Shown here one piece after another: positions 49,103 through 57,413 of a DNA stretch of 64,000 nt (positions are counted from its first letter, which is position 1; each line of letters opens with the position of its first letter). The notes below the pieces were generated by a model. That model worked only from the letters and a program-made list of their open reading frames with translations, searched no databases and was not told where the DNA came from. The position numbers and the translations under genes were made by a program. The stretch is from an uncultured Candidatus Saccharibacteria bacterium (lineage in GTDB: Bacteria; Patescibacteriota; WWE3; UBA101185; UBA10185), in NCBI GenBank assembly GCA_964385105.1, contig CAYLMU010000002.1, positions 250,583 through 314,582 of the forward strand, read 5' to 3'.

Positions 49103-50129
49103 TTATTTCTCCTTCTTTTTGTGTAGCTATATTAAAAAACATACTCCAGGCAAAATTTGCATAAGTTGTGAAGTATGCACCTAAAGCATACATTCCAATC
49201 AGAAATGCAAAAAATAAAGGCACACCTATTACTACACTAAAAATAATTAATGCGGCTCCAATTGCTTCATCGCTAAAAGATACCGTTCCTAACAACCCAA
49301 AAACCCCCAAAATTAAGAATCCAAAGACTACAAAAAATACAATCCCTGAGATTAAACAACTTGCACAACTCAAGACTATTGCATCAATAAAGTTTTTCTT
49401 GAATACTCTAAATCCGTTTAATAATGCAGGTTTAAATCCAAGTTTATGAATTGCTATAAACCTTGCAGCAAACAGTTCTGAATAGAGTAGTGAAATTATA
49501 AGAACAAGAAACGGCAAAATCAGTAATAATAACAGTATTGTTGAAATTATATATTGTTCCATCGAAAAAAGTATCGAAAAAGGAATTATAATTACCAAGG
49601 ATGCTGCAAGCCTAATAAGTGTTAAATATACTTGAAGTTTAATAAGCTCACGATTTGAAATACGTCCATAAGTACCAAGCTTTTTTAAATTATATGCCCT
49701 ATTAGCAATAGCATCATCAACACCACTAAGCATTGCCCCCAAGGCCCAGTTTCTTATAAAAAGCGTAACAAATATAAAAAAACCTAAATAAAAGATTAAT
49801 CCAACACTAACTAAAACAAAATTAGGCCGTGATTGAGCCATGAGCTGTTTAAAATAATCCGTATCATACATAGGCGCCATACCGACAGAATCCATACTTT
49901 GTGTAATATTCTCTACGCTGTCCCCCAAAACATTGCTCATAGTGTAATCGGTAAAATTAAGTTCTGTGGGGTTTAAAGTTTGCTCTGAATTCTTGTCATC
50001 AAATAAATTTCTGTTGCTAAGGCTGTTAAAGTTTAACGAAGCTGTACCAATCATTAATGCAAACACCCAAAGTATTTTGTGTTGCCAGGCCAGTTTTAAA
50101 GAACGGCTAATAATATATGAAATATCCAC
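49089..50129 (-). CDS. Hypothetical multi-pass membrane protein
   Basis: SRSLKLAWQHKILWVF N-terminus and about 6 TMs. Confidence 0.75.
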   Translation of the reverse strand: MDISYIISRSLKLAWQHKILWVFALMIGTASLNFNSLSNRNLFDDKNSEQTLNPTELNFTDYTMSNVLGDSVENITQSMDSVGMAPMYDTDYFKQLMAQSRPNFVLVSVGLIFYLGFFIFVTLFIRNWALGAMLSGVDDAIANRAYNLKKLGTYGRISNRELIKLQVYLTLIRLAASLVIIIPFSILFSMEQYIISTILLLLLILPFLVLIISLLYSELFAARFIAIHKLGFKPALLNGFRVFKKNFIDAIVLSCASCLISGIVFFVVFGFLILGVFGLLGTVSFSDEAIGAALIIFSVVIGVPLFFAFLIGMYALGAYFTTYANFAWSMFFNIATQKEGEINEQQ

Positions 50130-50171
50130 AAATTAATTGTAATGAATTATTTGTATAGAAGTCAATTTATC

Positions 50172-51194
50172 TTACTTCCCGCTCAACAAATCATTTAACG
50201 GGATATTATTTATTGTAATATTAACGTTATTTATTTGTGGAAATTGCAACGCAACACTTTTGAGCTGTTCTTCAACGCGCGGGTTATCACAGGTTCCTCC
50301 TAAAACTAAACTGCCCGATAACTGAACATTTGCAGTATCATCAAGCACTGTTACACTTTGAACATTCAAACTAGACTGATACAAGGCATTGTAATATCCC
50401 TCGGCGCCATATTGTTGAGTATCAATTTCTAAAAGTTGCGAATATAGCGAGGCAACTTGTACATCAAGCGGAGCGCTTTGATCAAGTTCGGCAGGTACAC
50501 TAACTAAGCTGTCATTACACCCTATTTGCCGACCAATTCTTCCGTTATCCTCAATTGCGACCATATAAATATTATTAAGCAAAGTTATATTTTTGGAGTT
50601 TAATTCTAAGGTTTCTAGCATTTCATTAACTAATTCATTAAAACCCTGCATTTCAGGATCCGCAGTTGTGTTTATTATATGTAGATAAGCCCCCTCATTC
50701 ATAAACGGTAAGAGTATATGTTGTTGTGTGCCAATCCCTTCAACAGTATAAGTAATTCCTTCAATGCTGTTTATTGTAATTGACGAAGGTTCTTCTACTA
50801 TAGTCTCAATAGGTGCTTCAGATGTTTTTTCATTGGCAACCTCAGCTAATGTACGACCCTGGAGTGCTTCAGGTCTTATAACAAGGCTAATTCCGTCATA
50901 AAATTCAGTATTAGGTTCTTGTGTTGGTCCTTCTATGAATAGTTGAGCATATCCGTCCGGAGTAATGCGTGTATTTACATCATCGGGATGATATATCTTA
51001 AATCCCATACCCTCAGGCTCATATAAATTCCAACCTTCAGGTATGTCATTTGCATTTTCATCTCCGGGAGTTACAACATCGTTACCATTGTTATTAGTGG
51101 GAACATCGCTATTACGTATAACAAACAAAATAATCCCAAGCATAGCCAAAACAATTATTAATGCACCTATAATTCCGACAATTCTTTTTTTCAT
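50172..51194 (-). CDS. Membrane-anchored protein with PsbP-like and GerMN-like domains
   Basis: GWNLY...GFKIYHP; C-terminal ANVQLSG...GGTC...QLKSVALQFPQINNV.ITIN. Confidence 0.65.
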   Translation of the reverse strand: MKKRIVGIIGALIIVLAMLGIILFVIRNSDVPTNNNGNDVVTPGDENANDIPEGWNLYEPEGMGFKIYHPDDVNTRITPDGYAQLFIEGPTQEPNTEFYDGISLVIRPEALQGRTLAEVANEKTSEAPIETIVEEPSSITINSIEGITYTVEGIGTQQHILLPFMNEGAYLHIINTTADPEMQGFNELVNEMLETLELNSKNITLLNNIYMVAIEDNGRIGRQIGCNDSLVSVPAELDQSAPLDVQVASLYSQLLEIDTQQYGAEGYYNALYQSSLNVQSVTVLDDTANVQLSGSLVLGGTCDNPRVEEQLKSVALQFPQINNVNITINNIPLNDLLSGK

Positions 51195-51261
51195 GAGAGT
51201 ATTATATATGTAAAATGTTAATTAACCAGTAATTTAATGTAAATGATTTGTGAGCTTCACT

Positions 51262-51308
51262 AAAAAAATTGGACGTATCGCAGTTAATTCGTTGAATACG
51301 ATACGTCC
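51262..51308 (-). terminator. Intrinsic terminator after the small basic ORF
   Basis: GGACGTATCG/CGATACGTCC stem plus U-run on the minus strand. Confidence 0.65.
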
Positions 51309-51355
51309 TAAGATTCGCTCCCCTATTTTTTTAGGGTTTTACTTCACCTACTTTT

Positions 51356-51517
51356 TTATTGCCCTTGTTCTTGTTCTTGTTCTAGTCGTGCTTGTCTAGC
51401 TGCGGCAGCAGCTTCGCTTTCGGCAGTCCGCTTATCTTTGAGTTTCTTGTGCTTTTCTCTATCCTCTTGATTTCGTTTCTGATTAATTTGACGTTTTCGC
51501 TTTCTACCCACAGACAT
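51356..51517 (-). CDS. 53-aa highly charged protein (not in ORF track)
   Basis: AAGGAG SD; MSVGRKRKRQINQKRNQEDREKHKKLKDKRTAESEAAAAARQARLEQEQEQGQ; own terminator. Confidence 0.6.
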   Translation of the reverse strand: MSVGRKRKRQINQKRNQEDREKHKKLKDKRTAESEAAAAARQARLEQEQEQGQ

Positions 51518-51745
51518 ACTGAACACTCCTTTGAAAACTCAACAATAAAATAGGTGTAAGAATTAGTATAACCTAAAATAGAGAAAGGGCAAATATATAG
51601 ACAAATAGCAATTTAAATGATAATATAATTTTGGCTCTGTAGAAGTTGAGAAATTTTTTATTAGTAAGAAGAAATTCCCTACTCTTAGAGATTTAAGTAA
51701 GTATGTTTTTTATATTAAGAATAAATCGAAGGGTGGTGAATTTAC

Positions 51746-52042
51746 TTGACTAAGTTATACGTAGGAAACTTACCCTATTCATATACTGAAGATAACCTTA
51801 GGACACTCTTTGCTGATTATGGCAACGTTAATAGTGCTACTATTATCATTGACAGAAACAGCGGAAGAAGTAAAGGATTCGGATTTGTTGAGTTGGAAGA
51901 TAGTTCTGCTGCAGAAACTGCTATTTCTGAATTAAATGGTAAAGACGTTGACGGAAGAAATATTGTAGTTAATGAAGCAAGACCTATGACCGACAGACCT
52001 CGAAGAAACTTTGATAACAACAGAGGTGGATACAACAGATAA
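51746..52042 (+). CDS. RRM-domain RNA-binding protein
   Basis: RNP2 KLYVGNL, RNP1 KGFGFVEL, VNEARP; TTG start after GGTGGTGA. Confidence 0.95.
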   Translation: MTKLYVGNLPYSYTEDNLRTLFADYGNVNSATIIIDRNSGRSKGFGFVELEDSSAAETAISELNGKDVDGRNIVVNEARPMTDRPRRNFDNNRGGYNR

Positions 52043-52064
52043 TAAATAGGTTAATTTAAATTAG

Positions 52065-52092
52065 AAAGCCGGGGTTTAACCTCGGCTTTTTT
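52065..52092 (+). terminator. Intrinsic terminator
   Basis: AAAGCCGGGG/CCTCGGCTTT stem plus T-run. Confidence 0.8.
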
Positions 52093-52696
52093 ATGAGGAT
52101 TGTTCTTGCAGCAAGTTTTCAGTTTCCTCGCTATTTGTGTTATTTTCAGTGTTTTCAACTTCATTTAATGTAGTGTCTTCTTCGGTCACCTCCGGACTAT
52201 TGTTATTCTGCAACTCATTTTTTTGCGACTCATTTTTTTGCGGTTCTTCTTCTATAGAAAGCTCCCAAAGCTCTGTCCACTTTGAACATTTGCCGCTTTT
52301 CGTACATGATTTTACCCTCCACCAGACATCCTTATTTGAAAAATCTGTGATTTTGACATTATTTTTATTTAGCTTTCCTGACTTATGCATGATTTTCTTC
52401 ATATCTTTATCTTGGTATGATTCGTAATAATAAAAAACCTCCTCCCGACCTTCGCACGGTGAATTAACTGTCTTCCACTCAAAGTCTGGTTTTTCTTTCC
52501 ACTTTGATTTATTTGTGGATAGTTTGTTCTTCGGAGATTTTAACTGTGGTTGTTCCGGCTCAACAATACATCCGAACTCAATTTTATTTTCAGTTATAGT
52601 TACATCAGATTTGTAAAATGCACTTGTAATATTAACAAGTGTAAAACTGCCAACCAAAGCAACTATAAATATTCTTGATAAAGTTTTCAAATTCAT
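52091..52696 (-). CDS. Secreted protein with SipW-type signal peptide
   Basis: TSAFYKSD.....N...G cleavage motif; WWRVKSC...CSKW; acidic low-complexity tail. Confidence 0.7.
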   Translation of the reverse strand: MNLKTLSRIFIVALVGSFTLVNITSAFYKSDVTITENKIEFGCIVEPEQPQLKSPKNKLSTNKSKWKEKPDFEWKTVNSPCEGREEVFYYYESYQDKDMKKIMHKSGKLNKNNVKITDFSNKDVWWRVKSCTKSGKCSKWTELWELSIEEEPQKNESQKNELQNNNSPEVTEEDTTLNEVENTENNTNSEETENLLQEQSS

Positions 52697-53256
52697 ATTG
52701 CTGTTTCTAATATAGATTCCTTCTTTTTACGTCTCCTTTCGATTATCTTTTTTAACTCATTTCTAATACTGATAATTTCACTATAAACTATGAGTGTCGA
52801 TGGAATAATTATAAGTGCAATTAAACCTAGCTGGGTTCTTGCAAAAACCACGGGATAACCCAATAAAGGCACACTAAATAAAACTTTACCTACAATCCGA
52901 TCTGCACTAATTAATTCTCCGTCAGGAGCATCATTAGCGTCCCCTTTTGTTCTAAACATCATTTCTCCGTCTTCACGTATTATTTCAAAAACTCTGTGAG
53001 TTGTAGTAGAAGCAGGATTGTCTAAGTTCGGGTCTGAATCCATTGTAAAGGTTATCACATCGCCTGCACTGTATACATCAACAGCTTTAACTGCAACTAT
53101 GCTGCCGGTTTTAATTGCAGGCTCCATAGAACCACTTTGAACAGTGTATAATTTATAACCTCCCGGTATGTCTAATATCGATGCAGCAACAACGCCTGCT
53201 GTAATAACTAGTAACAAGATTATGAAAATGTATAAAATATTAATAATGCTTTTCAT
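52693..53256 (-). CDS. sipW: Signal peptidase I, SipW/ER type
   Basis: VQSGSMEP, THRV, TKGDAN..PD. Confidence 0.9.
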   Translation of the reverse strand: MKSIINILYIFIILLLVITAGVVAASILDIPGGYKLYTVQSGSMEPAIKTGSIVAVKAVDVYSAGDVITFTMDSDPNLDNPASTTTHRVFEIIREDGEMMFRTKGDANDAPDGELISADRIVGKVLFSVPLLGYPVVFARTQLGLIALIIIPSTLIVYSEIISIRNELKKIIERRRKKKESILETAI

Positions 53257-53326
53257 ACCTGCTCCTTGCTAATTGATATCTTAATAGCCCTCGCAAGTAC
53301 ACTTACAAGGGCTTTAAAACATCAAG

Positions 53327-53905
53327 TTAATTACTTCTTGCCTCTATAACAAAATCCCATGTTAATTCTGAACCCATCAAAGATCCTTGATCTGAACCAC
53401 TTTCGGGTAAGTACACGGTGTACCGCATATCCTGTGTGCTCCCAACAATCAATTCACTCCAATGCCCGGCAAACAAATCAACATCTATTAAATCCTCTAA
53501 CTTACCTTCATAAACGGTATGCTCCATTGCACCACTAAGTCTTCCTACTTCTATTCTAATCATTACTTTCTGCCATAACCCGGATCCATTGTCGTTTGCA
53601 TTTTCAACATTAAGCACTAAGCTTTTTGCGTCAACAGAACTTGGTCCTGCGAACCAGGGAGGGCCATAGTTTTGTAGTGCATATACCGGTGATACCGATC
53701 CGTCCTCGAATCCATCAACCGGAACAACTCCTGTGAATGTTGCACCAACTACAGTTGGCTCACCATTAACTCGTAATTCCAGTGCACCGGTTGATAGTGT
53801 ATTACCGGTGATTGTAGCTGTATCTGAGAAATATGCTCTGGTAGCACCAATACTTGATGCTGTCATCAGTGTAATTACTACTAGACTTAATATTATTTTT
53901 TTCAT
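53327..53905 (-). CDS. TasA/CalY-like SipW-dependent protein
   Basis: GATRAYFSDT....GNTLSTG.L signal; YEGKL.DL; C-terminal LP....Q...G......F...A. Confidence 0.8.
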   Translation of the reverse strand: MKKIILSLVVITLMTASSIGATRAYFSDTATITGNTLSTGALELRVNGEPTVVGATFTGVVPVDGFEDGSVSPVYALQNYGPPWFAGPSSVDAKSLVLNVENANDNGSGLWQKVMIRIEVGRLSGAMEHTVYEGKLEDLIDVDLFAGHWSELIVGSTQDMRYTVYLPESGSDQGSLMGSELTWDFVIEARSN

Positions 53906-53949
53906 TTCTTCTCACCTCCCACCAGATTAATTTTATACAAATTCCTTAA

Positions 53950-54744
53950 TTAAGGAAGTGTTGCTTCTTGCTTTGCAATTTGAGCATTCATCCAACTTGT
54001 GTGATTAGATCCGGGTCCACTGAGTCTTGGCTGAGAACTAAACAATGCATCCAATGCACCAGAGTCAACCTGTGTTGCATGAACAGTGTATGATAAATCT
54101 AGTGATTTACCCATATAGGTGTTGTCAGCATCCGGATGCATAGCTAGCTTAAATGTAAATCGGTACTTAAAGTCGTCATTAGCTAACAACGATCCCATTT
54201 GAACACCTCCACCTGCTCCCATTGCATTAGCATTGTTCCAAGAATTAAGAGAGACTACTTGAAACGGTGTTGAGTTATTGGCAAGAGTTTGGTAATAGGA
54301 GTTCCATGAATGACCGTTAAGTCCTGACACATTACCTGTACCATTAAGAATAAACTGATCAGTACCAGTAGGTTCCCAATTTCCATTTGGCACAAGAAAT
54401 TCGGTTTTTGCTTCTTTGATATATATAGCATCACCAAGCGCTGCATCACCGGTTAAAGTAAAGTAAGCAACCCACCCAAGGTCAATATTTCCATCATTAA
54501 CTATTTCCACAGTAAAATCTGGGGTTTCTTCACCCGGCTCCAAAACCATATCTGGAAGCGTCCAAGTAAAGGTTTCTTCTGAAACTTCTTCTGTGCTACC
54601 GTTCACACTAACCGTAAATGAACCGGTTGATAAGGTTCTTACATCTCCCAATACTGCAGTGTCGGTTAAATATGCTCGGGTTGCACTAAATATAAGCCCT
54701 GAAGCACCAATTAACAAAGCAAAACTTAATAATAGTCTTTTCAT
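53950..54744 (-). CDS. TasA/CalY-like SipW-dependent protein
   Basis: ATRAYLTDT...LSTG, LEPGE, IVNDGNIDL, ADNTYMGKS.......ATQ. Confidence 0.8.
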   Translation of the reverse strand: MKRLLLSFALLIGASGLIFSATRAYLTDTAVLGDVRTLSTGSFTVSVNGSTEEVSEETFTWTLPDMVLEPGEETPDFTVEIVNDGNIDLGWVAYFTLTGDAALGDAIYIKEAKTEFLVPNGNWEPTGTDQFILNGTGNVSGLNGHSWNSYYQTLANNSTPFQVVSLNSWNNANAMGAGGGVQMGSLLANDDFKYRFTFKLAMHPDADNTYMGKSLDLSYTVHATQVDSGALDALFSSQPRLSGPGSNHTSWMNAQIAKQEATLP

Positions 54745-54777
54745 TATTTTTCACCCCCTTTAGTCAAAAACAAGTAC

Positions 54778-54933
54778 AAAAAAGCCAGCTTTTTAAAGAC
54801 TGGCATTAGTTTTTGTATATTAATTTTGTATTATTCTTCATAATTTGAATTAAGAATCCTAGTACGTAAACTGTGTTTCCGGAAAGAAAATACTCGATAG
54901 TCTAATACTATGAGATTGGTTACTACTTGTCAA
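54778..54933 (-). promoter_or_regulatory. tasA-operon promoter and leader with uORF and terminator-like hairpin
   Basis: TTGACA(54933-54928)-17 bp-TAGTAT; uORF 54841..54806; GCCAG/CTGGC hairpin plus U6. Confidence 0.55.
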
Positions 54934-55044
54934 ATAGTCATAGATTTTAGAATTATTGATAAACCAACTAAATTAATTGTTTCATAGATCACAGATTTTA
55001 ATATTTCTTCGTCGTTATAATAAATTATTTCTGAGTAGTAATAT

Positions 55045-55281
55045 TTAAATTATAAATGTAGATTGAATTCCATAATGATCCGATATATAAACTTCTTTAT
55101 CCTTATAATGCACCGGCTGCGAAAAAACTGTTTCCTGTTTTATTAATGAATTCTTAAAACCCTTAAATAGTGTGTAATCATATCTTTTGTCACTTTTAAT
55201 CCATCTACGAGCAAGTGAACTTACGGTTGGATTATGCATATCAAATGTGATAGCGTCTTTTTCATATAATGGGTCATACAA
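55045..55281 (-). pseudogene. C-terminal fragment of an endonuclease/exonuclease/phosphatase-family gene
   Basis: TFD..N, R.DY.L, ISDHYG; in-frame stop six codons upstream, so the N-terminal part is missing. Confidence 0.7.
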
Positions 55282-55350
55282 ATCTCCTCTGTGTCCTCAT
55301 GCCTCCATGTCTTGTCTTTTGTATTTAACGAATTTACTGTCTACCGGGGT

Positions 55351-55416
55351 ATTATAATAAATTCTGAAGAACTTGTAATCCTATAGTTCATGGCACTTAC
55401 ATTGGTGTATTCGAAC
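55351..55416 (-). repeat. Cassette junction motif copy A (GTTCGA...CCA + ACTATAGG + promoter)
   Basis: GTTCGAATACACCAATGTAAGTGCCATGA-ACTATAGG-ATTACA-17-TATAAT. Confidence 0.75.
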
Positions 55417-55445
55417 TGAGAGTTACATACTAAAAGTTTTGACAT

Positions 55446-55494
55446 AAAAAAAAGACCATGCTTCTCTCGGGATTTCTCCTTTGATTGCATGGTC
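55446..55494 (-). terminator. Intrinsic terminator of cassette gene 55585..56181
   Basis: GACCATGC/GCATGGTC stem plus U8. Confidence 0.75.
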
Positions 55495-55584
55495 AAACTA
55501 AACCTAACAAACAAAACAAAGTCTAAGACACTGCTACAAGTTGCAACAACAGAGTGCCTTTCTAACAAAACTAACAGGATTGGT

Positions 55585-56181
55585 TTATATCATGCACCAA
55601 TCTGCTTCAGAGTCCTCGCCAAGGTAATCGATACAAGACTGCCGGAATGCCTGACGACGAAGCGTTTTCTCCCTTTCAATCAGTTCTTGCATCAACCACT
55701 TTTCGAAGCGGCTCAGAGTAGCCAAACCTTTGTCCCTGGAGATTAATCGATCAATGTCAGATACATAGCCAGAAAGGTACCCTACTTCTGTATGGAGCAG
55801 GCGAAGATACAACTTGCTGCCGTACTTGGTACCAGCGATCACAACGAGGAAGAAGTCTTTTATACCCATTTCGAGCACACCACGAAAGGTTCTATCGGAC
55901 TCCTTTTTCACGATCTTGATCAACTCGACAACGACAATTTGCAAGACACTCAAAAGAACCTTCAGTTTCGGAGGGGTTTCTACCGAATTCTTCTGGTATT
56001 TTCCAAGCGCTTGCAGTACCCGGGAATCTTCCTCAAGGGAATCCAACAACAGGTCGAAAGCTACATCGGCCTCCGAGGAACTTCCATCGTGATGCAACGC
56101 GACTAGTCTTCTGAGGATTTCAACCTCATTAGGATCTAGACCATAAATGGCTACTACACTATCAAACACTTTCTGGTTCAT
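55585..56181 (-). CDS. Hypothetical cassette protein
   Basis: GGGAGG SD before ATG 56181; visibly more GC-rich than host genes. Confidence 0.7.
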   Translation of the reverse strand: MNQKVFDSVVAIYGLDPNEVEILRRLVALHHDGSSSEADVAFDLLLDSLEEDSRVLQALGKYQKNSVETPPKLKVLLSVLQIVVVELIKIVKKESDRTFRGVLEMGIKDFFLVVIAGTKYGSKLYLRLLHTEVGYLSGYVSDIDRLISRDKGLATLSRFEKWLMQELIEREKTLRRQAFRQSCIDYLGEDSEADWCMI

Positions 56182-56219
56182 CACAACCTCCCTAATATAT
56201 ATAGTGTGCAACTCCCATA

Positions 56220-56287
56220 ATTATAGTAGAAATATGGGCACCGGTCAACCTATAGTTTTGGAGTCTCTTACGGTGTGTTGATCGAAC
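56220..56287 (-). repeat. Cassette junction motif copy B
   Basis: GTTCGATCAACACACCGTAAGAGACTCCAAA-ACTATAGG-TTGACC-17-TATAAT. Confidence 0.75.
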
Positions 56288-56317
56288 TTAAAGAAATTTA
56301 GTTGAGTTGATGAAATG

Positions 56318-56363
56318 AAAAAGCCCAGAGATTTCACCCAATAAACGGTGTGCTCCAGGCTTT
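56318..56363 (-). terminator. Intrinsic terminator of the first cassette
   Basis: AAAGCC..GAG/CTC..GGCTTT imperfect stem plus U-run. Confidence 0.65.
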
Positions 56364-56370
56364 ATACAAA

Positions 56371-56859
56371 TCAAGGATTGAAGTAAGCATCCCAAAACTC
56401 AGGATCATTTATCTGCTCTTCCCACCCCTCTAAACAATCGCACAAACCCATGTCTTTAAGGCACAGTTCACACTTTCCATAGTTTTCATCTCTGTCATAG
56501 GCCAAAGACCAAGGATGGTTTGCGGTATCTCTAAAGAGGTACCTAGTTAACCATTCTCTAACTTCCGGAGTAGAGTCGAACTTATCGCCTTTATTATAAA
56601 CTGTTTCTCGAGCGCCATCGAAATCGCCTAGCAAAAGCTGATGAGCAATATCTCTCGCAACCTGACTACCTCTTCCACTGTTAAGCGGCCCTTGCAGCTT
56701 ATGAAGCTCCTTAGACAGAAACCTCGGTGTAAGTTCAATCCAAAACCGCAAGTTTTCTTGTTCATGTATAAGTCCTATGCTGTGAAGAGCTGATTCCAAA
56801 TCTGGGCCTTCAATCTCTTCAATCTCTCCACTACGCCAAGTAAGCCGATATATAGGCAT
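56371..56859 (-). CDS. Hypothetical cassette protein with C-terminal CxxC...CxC
   Basis: GGAGG SD before ATG 56859. Confidence 0.7.
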   Translation of the reverse strand: MPIYRLTWRSGEIEEIEGPDLESALHSIGLIHEQENLRFWIELTPRFLSKELHKLQGPLNSGRGSQVARDIAHQLLLGDFDGARETVYNKGDKFDSTPEVREWLTRYLFRDTANHPWSLAYDRDENYGKCELCLKDMGLCDCLEGWEEQINDPEFWDAYFNP

Positions 56860-56879
56860 CACTTCCTCCAAAATTACAG

Positions 56880-57170
56880 CTAAAGTCGATAAACAGGATA
56901 AGATCCGGTGCGAATAGCGTATGCAACTTCAGGATCACTCGGATCAACAGGTGTGGCTATCACAGTGTCGACCACAAGTGCACGACACTTCCCACAGTCC
57001 CATTTTCTACCACCCAACTCATCTGTTGGAAGAACATCATTACTTCCACACGCTACATGGGTGAATACCACATAAATATGGTTGTAAACGGGAGAGTCAA
57101 GAACCTTCAGTAACTTATATGCGAAATCCTTGACCAATATCCTAACACGCCATTTAAGTAACTCTAGCAT
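56880..57170 (-). CDS. Hypothetical cassette protein with possible zinc ribbon
   Basis: AAGGAG SD; HxxC...WDCGKC. Confidence 0.7.
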   Translation of the reverse strand: MLELLKWRVRILVKDFAYKLLKVLDSPVYNHIYVVFTHVACGSNDVLPTDELGGRKWDCGKCRALVVDTVIATPVDPSDPEVAYAIRTGSYPVYRL

Positions 57171-57205
57171 TCCTATGCTCCTTGTTCGGTTTTTAATACG
57201 CAGTT

Positions 57206-57268
57206 ATTATAATAAATTCTAGAGTGTTTGTAAACCTATAGTCTTGGGGTGACCGACGGGGATCGAAC
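57206..57268 (-). repeat. Cassette junction motif copy C, formed by the real tRNA-His 3' end
   Basis: GTTCGATCCCCGTCGGTCACCCCAAG-ACTATAGG-TTTACA-17-TATAAT. Confidence 0.75.
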
Positions 57269-57320
57269 CCGTGACATCCGCCTCCACAGGGCGGCGTTCT
57301 ACCGCTGAACTACGGCCACC
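57245..57320 (-). tRNA. tRNA-His(GTG)
   Basis: G-1 plus GTGGCCG/CGGTCAC, CCGCC-CT GTG GA-GGCGG, TTCGATC, C-CCA. Confidence 0.95.
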
Positions 57321-57413
57321 ATATCTTGCAAAAAAGCCATTTTTCAACTTAAAAAGCATTGAAATTATAACACACAGTACATTAAGCACACTTTTGTTAT
57401 AAACAAAAAAGAC

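Noticed and set aside
55351-57268. CRISPR array or classical integron attC sites
   Set aside because: Units are ~0.9-1 kb with degenerate repeats, there is no RYYYAAC...GTTRRRY pairing, and no cas or intI gene is in the window; no CRISPR array was seen anywhere
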